Shown piece by piece: positions 6,352 through 10,663 of a stretch of 10,663 bases of DNA (position 1 is its first letter; the number at the start of each line of letters is the position of its first letter). Source of the DNA: Candidatus Geohabitans tengchongensis (GTDB lineage Bacteria; Sysuimicrobiota; Sysuimicrobiia; Sysuimicrobiales; Humicultoraceae). Below the pieces are notes generated by a model. The model saw only the letters and a list, made by a program, of their open reading frames with translations, was not told where the DNA came from and did not search any database. The translations under genes and the position numbers were made by a program. The stretch lies in contig JAVKIH010000001.1 in NCBI GenBank assembly GCA_031459625.1, forward strand, positions 184,415-195,077. The letters run 5' to 3'.

Positions 6352-8232
6352 GTGGTGACGAACCGCCTGAAGCTCCTGGTCGGCGGGGTGCAGTTGCGGG
6401 ACGGCGTCGGCACGGTGGTGGACGTCGTCGGCCGCATCCTCACCCGCGCCGGGCTCTACGTGCTGGCCAACGAGCGCAACTACGCCTCCACCATTTACGG
6501 CGCGCACCAGTTCGACCCGCTGGTCATCAGCGCCACCCCGCCGCTCTCCCACGGCGACAACCTCGTCGACATCCTCATGGCCCTGGAGTTCGACGCCAAC
6601 CCCGACGTGCCGCGCCAACCCAACCGCGACACGATCCTGCGCCACGGCCCGCACCTCCGCGACGGCGGGGTGCTGCTCTACGACTCCTCCACCGGGGAGG
6701 TGCCGGTGGACGACCTGGTGGCGCGCGGGGTCAAGGTCTTCCCGCTGCCGGCCCGGCAGATCGCCCTGCGCGAGCTGCGGCGCGAGGTCGTGAAGAACAT
6801 GGTGGTCACCGGGGCGCTCTTCCGCCTGCTGGAGTTCGACATGGACCAGGCCTACCTCCGGCAGCTCCTGGAGGAGCGCTTCCTGCGCAAGGGCCGGGAG
6901 CTCGTCGACCTGAACCTGGAGGCGGCGCGCCGGGGGCGCGAGGTCATCGAGCAGGTCCTGGCCGCCCAGGGGTGGCGGGACGTCGGCTACCGCCTGGAGC
7001 CCGTCCCCACCAACGGGGAGCGGCGCCTCCTCGTCTCGGGGAGCGAGGCCCTGGGCATGGGGGCGATCCAGGCCGGGTGCCGCTTCTACGCCGGCTACCC
7101 CATCACCCCGGCCTCGCCGCTCCTGGCCTTCATGGAGCGGTGGCTGCCGCGCTACCAGGGACGGTCGCTCCAGGGGCAGAACGAGCGGGAGTCGATCCGC
7201 GCGGCCCTGGGGGCCAGCCTGGCCGGGGTGCGCGCCATGGTGGCCTCCTCGGGCCCGGGCATCTCCCTCAAGGTGGAGGAGTTCGGCCTGGCCGGGGCGG
7301 GGGAGATCCCGCTGGTGGTCGTGAACGCGCAGCGCGCCGGCCCCTCCACCGGGATGCCGACGAAGACGGAGCAGGCCGACCTGCGGATGATGATCGGCGC
7401 CGGCCACGGGGACTTCCCCCGCATCGTGCTGGCCCCCTCCACCCTGGAGGAGTGCTACACGATGATCCAGGAGGCCTTCTACCTGGCCGACAAGTACCAG
7501 TGCCCGGTCTTCGTCCTCACCGACCTGACCCTGGCCGAGGTGCGCAAGACCGTCCCCGAGGCCTTCTTCCTGGAGCACCGCATGCCGCCCCACCGGGAGG
7601 GCGTGCTCACCGAGGCGGAGCTGCGCCGCGACGGATACCGGCGCTACGCCATCACCGAGTCGGGGATCTCCCCGCGCATCTTCCCCGGCACGCGGGGCGG
7701 CATCTTCAAGGTGAGCGGGACGGAGCACGACGAGTTCGGCTTCGTCACCACCGAGCCGCCCAAGCGCGCGGCCATGATGGACAAGCGCATGCGCAAGCTG
7801 GAGACCTACCTGCAGGAGGACGCCCGCGGGCCCCAGGTCGTCGGCACCCCGCGCGGGAACCCGGTGCTGGTGGGGTGGGGCTCCACCAAGCCGGTCCTGC
7901 TCGAGGCGCGGGAGCGCCTCCGCGCCGACGGGCTGGACGTGGCGGTGGTCCACCTGACGCACCTGTGGCCCTTCCCCACGCACCTGGTGCGGCCGGTCCT
8001 GGCGGACGCCGCGGCCATCATCGTCTGCGAACAGAACTGGTCGGGGCAGCTGGCCGACCTGCTCCAGGAGCGCTGCCTGCTCCCCACCCGCCGCATCCTC
8101 AAGTACAACGGGCGGGTCTTCTACGTCTCCGACATCATCCGGGGGGTGCGGGAGATCCTGCGCAACGGGGCCACGGAGTTCCGCGTCTCGGAGTTCGTGC
8201 CCGTGACCGTGGAGGCCCACGAGGGCGACTGA
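6352..8232 (+). CDS. 2-oxoacid:acceptor (ferredoxin) oxidoreductase subunit alpha (fused gamma-alpha, KorA-like)
   Basis: N-terminal POR gamma-like domain (DILMAL, KNMVVTGAL), followed by FYAGYPITPAS, ASSGPGISLKVE, QRAGPSTGMPTKTEQADL, GHGDFPRIVLAP, AFYLADKYQCPV, GTEHDEFG, VGWGST and EQNWSGQL. GGAGG at 6334-6338, start GTG 6352 or 6355. Substrate specificity cannot be assigned, so no gene symbol is given. Confidence 0.95.
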   Translation: MVTNRLKLLVGGVQLRDGVGTVVDVVGRILTRAGLYVLANERNYASTIYGAHQFDPLVISATPPLSHGDNLVDILMALEFDANPDVPRQPNRDTILRHGPHLRDGGVLLYDSSTGEVPVDDLVARGVKVFPLPARQIALRELRREVVKNMVVTGALFRLLEFDMDQAYLRQLLEERFLRKGRELVDLNLEAARRGREVIEQVLAAQGWRDVGYRLEPVPTNGERRLLVSGSEALGMGAIQAGCRFYAGYPITPASPLLAFMERWLPRYQGRSLQGQNERESIRAALGASLAGVRAMVASSGPGISLKVEEFGLAGAGEIPLVVVNAQRAGPSTGMPTKTEQADLRMMIGAGHGDFPRIVLAPSTLEECYTMIQEAFYLADKYQCPVFVLTDLTLAEVRKTVPEAFFLEHRMPPHREGVLTEAELRRDGYRRYAITESGISPRIFPGTRGGIFKVSGTEHDEFGFVTTEPPKRAAMMDKRMRKLETYLQEDARGPQVVGTPRGNPVLVGWGSTKPVLLEARERLRADGLDVAVVHLTHLWPFPTHLVRPVLADAAAIIVCEQNWSGQLADLLQERCLLPTRRILKYNGRVFYVSDIIRGVREILRNGATEFRVSEFVPVTVEAHEGD

Positions 8233-8249
8233 GTGAGGACGGACCCACC

Positions 8250-9128
8250 ATGAGCACGAAGCCTGCCGCACGCACGCCCATCAGCAAGGTGTGGGAGGAG
8301 AACGCCGTCCCGCGCCACCGCATCCAGTGGTGCCCCGGGTGCGGGGACTACGCGGTGCTGAACGCGGTGAAGATGGCGCTCACCCGGCTGGAGCTCATGC
8401 CCCACGAGGTCCTGCTCATCGGCGGCATCGGCTGCTCCGGGCAGATCCGCAACTACCTGAACGGCAACGCTCTGCACGGCACCCACGGCGGGCCGCTGGC
8501 CTACGCCGTGGGGGTGACCATGGCCAACCCCGAGCTGCGCGTCATCGCGCTGGCCGGCGACGGGGACACCTTCGCCATCGGCGTGGAGAACTTCGTCCAC
8601 GCCTGCCGCCGCGACCCCAACGTCGCCCTCATCGTCATGGACAACGGCGTCTACGGGCTGACCACCGGGCAGCGCTCCCCCACCGGCGGGCTGGGGCAGC
8701 CCCAGGAGGAGTTCAGCGAGGAGTCCCCGCCGGCCTTCAACCCCCTGCGGCTGGCCCTGGCCGCCGGGGCCACCTTCGTCGCCCAGTCCTTCAGCGGCGA
8801 CCCCCGGCACAGCGCCGACGTCTACGTGGAGGCCATCGAGCACCCGGGGTTCGCCTTCGTGAACGACTTCTCGCCCTGCGTGACCTACAACAAGTTCAAC
8901 ACCTACGACTGGTTCAAGCAGCACGTCGAGCTCGTCCCGCCCGACCACGACCCCGCCGACCTGCAGGCGGCCTTCCGGCTGCTGGACGACTTCGAGGCGC
9001 GCGGGCGCCTGCCGCTGGGGGTGATCTACCGGCGCCCGCGGCGCAAGAAGCCGCAGCAGCGGCTCCCCATGTGGGACCACGAGCTGGCCGACGTCGACCT
9101 GGAGCCGATGCTGCGCACCTTCCGCTGA
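8250..9128 (+). CDS. 2-oxoacid:ferredoxin oxidoreductase subunit beta (TPP and [4Fe-4S] binding, KorB-like)
   Basis: ATG 8250 follows GAGGA. Cluster-ligand motifs WCPGCG, GIGCS and SPCVTYN are present, as is the TPP motif GDGD...DNGVYGLT.GQ.SPT. 292 aa. The ORF-track extension back to 6972 is an off-frame overlap with the alpha gene. Confidence 0.95.
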   Translation: MSTKPAARTPISKVWEENAVPRHRIQWCPGCGDYAVLNAVKMALTRLELMPHEVLLIGGIGCSGQIRNYLNGNALHGTHGGPLAYAVGVTMANPELRVIALAGDGDTFAIGVENFVHACRRDPNVALIVMDNGVYGLTTGQRSPTGGLGQPQEEFSEESPPAFNPLRLALAAGATFVAQSFSGDPRHSADVYVEAIEHPGFAFVNDFSPCVTYNKFNTYDWFKQHVELVPPDHDPADLQAAFRLLDDFEARGRLPLGVIYRRPRRKKPQQRLPMWDHELADVDLEPMLRTFR

Positions 9129-9206
9129 GCCGGTCCGACGGCGGCCCGGTCCGCGCCCCGCGGCCCGCCGGCGGGCGCCGGCCTCGCGCCCGGGCGGCCT
9201 CGCCCC

Positions 9207-10663
9207 TCAGGGCTCCCCGAGCGCGTCCAGCTCCGCGCTGAGGGCCTCGGCCAGCGGCGCCACGGTGCCGGCGTCGAAGGCGAAGCGCGCCCCCGCCGCC
9301 GCGAAGAGGGCCGGCAGCGGCGCGGCCCCGCCCAGGGCCAGCGCCTCGCGGTAGCGCCGCACCGCGTCGCGGTAGTCCGCCCGCGCCCGCAGCCACACCT
9401 GCAGCGCCCCCAGCTGCGCGATGCCGTACTCGATGTAGTAGAAGGGCGCCAGGAAGAGGTGGAGCTGGGCGTGCCACAGCGCCCCGAGCGGCTCCTCGAG
9501 CCCCGTCCAGTCCACCGCGGGGTGGAAGCGGCGGTAGGCGGCCACCCAGGCGGCGCGCCGCTCCTCGCGGCTGTGCCCCGGGTGGGTGTAGACCCAGTGC
9601 TGGAAGGCGTCGATGGTGGCCACCCAGGGGAGGAGGCGGATGACGCGCTCGAGGCGGTGGCGGTAGGCGCGGCGCCGCTCCTCCGGGTCCGGGTAGAAGG
9701 GGTCGAGGTGGTCGGCGGTGAGCAGCTCCATGGCCATGGACGCCACCTCGGCGAACTCCATGGGCGGGTGGCGGTAGGCCAGCAGCGGCTCCTCGCGGAC
9801 GGCCAGGGCGTTGAAGGCGTGCCCGCCCTCGTGGAGCAGGGTGAGGACGTCGGTGTCCCGCCCCACCGCGTTCATGAAGATGAAGGGCCAGCGCCGCTCC
9901 GTCAGCGTGGCCTGGTAGCCGCCGGGGGCCTTGCCCTTGCGGCTGGCCAGGTCGAGCAGCCCCTCCTCGCGCAGGAAGCGGAACTGCGCGGCGAACTCGG
10001 GGTCGACCCGGGCGAAGATCTCCTCGGCGCGCGCGGCCAGCTCCTCGGGGCGCTCGAAGGGACGCAGCGGCGGGGCGCCGCTCGGGTCCACCTCCAGGTC
10101 CCACGGGCGCAGGCGCTCCACCCCGAGACGCTGCTGCCGCGCCCGGTGGAGGCGCGCCGCCAGCGGCACCAGGTGGGCCTCGACGGCGTCGTGGAAGCGG
10201 AAGCAGTCCTCCGGGGTGTAGTCGAAGCGCTCCCGCCGGCGCCAGACGTACTCGCTGTAGGTGGGCACCCCGGCGTTGCGGGCGATCTCCCGGCGCAGGG
10301 CCAGCAGCCGGTCGTAGAGGTCGTCCAGCACCTCCCGGTCGGCCAGCCGCCGCCCGGCGATCAGCCGCCACGCCTCCTCGCGCGTCGCCCGGTCGGGCTC
10401 CTCCAGGAAGCGGGCCATCTGCTGCAGGGTGCGCTCCGCCCCGCGGTAGGTCACCGTCATCGCCCCGCTGACCTTCTGGTACTGCTGCTCCAGCTCGGCC
10501 TCCCGCACCTCCAGGGGCAGGTTGGCCTCGCGGAAGAGGGCGACGCGGGTCTGGACGCTGCGGTCGAAGAGGCGGTAGCGCTCGGGCAGCGCCCGGCGGT
10601 GTGGGCTGGCCAGGTAGTGCTCGTCGAGCCGCTGCAGCAGGGCCTTCATCCGCGGCTCCACTT
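9207..10663 (-). CDS. M3-family (PepF-like) oligoendopeptidase, 5' part outside the window
   Basis: Zinc motif HEGGH (9833-9819), third-ligand region EFAEVASMAME, and LRPWD, DLASRKGKAPGGYQ, PFIFMN, HLFLAPFYYIEYGIAQLGALQVW. The frame is open to the window edge. Confidence 0.95.
   Translation of the reverse strand, partial: VEPRMKALLQRLDEHYLASPHRRALPERYRLFDRSVQTRVALFREANLPLEVREAELEQQYQKVSGAMTVTYRGAERTLQQMARFLEEPDRATREEAWRLIAGRRLADREVLDDLYDRLLALRREIARNAGVPTYSEYVWRRRERFDYTPEDCFRFHDAVEAHLVPLAARLHRARQQRLGVERLRPWDLEVDPSGAPPLRPFERPEELAARAEEIFARVDPEFAAQFRFLREEGLLDLASRKGKAPGGYQATLTERRWPFIFMNAVGRDTDVLTLLHEGGHAFNALAVREEPLLAYRHPPMEFAEVASMAMELLTADHLDPFYPDPEERRRAYRHRLERVIRLLPWVATIDAFQHWVYTHPGHSREERRAAWVAAYRRFHPAVDWTGLEEPLGALWHAQLHLFLAPFYYIEYGIAQLGALQVWLRARADYRDAVRRYREALALGGAAPLPALFAAAGARFAFDAGTVAPLAEALSAELDALGEP

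Noticed and set aside
6972..8249. Apparent 718-aa beta subunit or frameshift fusion with alpha
   Set aside because: The extension is an off-frame shadow of the alpha gene. Alpha has its own stop at 8232, and beta has its own Shine-Dalgarno and ATG at 8250.
5818..8271. 817-aa antisense ORF, and similar long ORFs at 1584..3632, 3107..4879, 4129..5208, 5046..6443, 8121..9080 and 8914..10371
   Set aside because: They are antisense or alternate-frame shadows of well-supported genes, expected in very GC-rich DNA with few stop codons, and they show no recognisable motifs.
9129..9206. GC palindrome gcccgccggcgggc (9163-9176) in the convergent gap as a terminator
   Set aside because: The region is almost pure G/C, so pairing is expected by chance, and there is no U-tract on either strand.
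10659..10661. GTG at 10661 as the true start of the M3 peptidase
   Set aside because: The frame stays open to the window edge, and this family is usually longer than 484 aa, so the gene is 5'-truncated by the window.

Overview
Very GC-rich bacterial DNA, densely coding, with ordinary metabolic and transport genes. From left to right it holds: (1) the last 23 codons of a + strand gene resembling a family-5 (Opp/Dpp) solute-binding protein; (2) a HAAT/Liv-type ABC importer on the - strand (permeases livM-like and livH-like, substrate-binding protein, ATPases livG-like and livF-like), split in two by an oppositely oriented gene for a membrane-anchored Asp-box/BNR beta-propeller protein; (3) a divergently transcribed two-subunit 2-oxoacid:ferredoxin oxidoreductase (fused gamma-alpha subunit plus beta subunit); (4) a 5'-truncated M3-family oligoendopeptidase on the - strand. 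I see no RNA genes, CRISPR array, transposase or integrase. The items most worth a second look are: non-canonical active-site and CoA-loop motifs in the oxidoreductase, a promoter followed at once by a terminator-like hairpin in its leader, the BNR gene with atypical codon usage inside the transporter cluster, a nested double-palindrome operator candidate, and a 3 x 20-bp tandem repeat at the livM-livH junction. All family calls come from motif recognition by eye, not from database searches.
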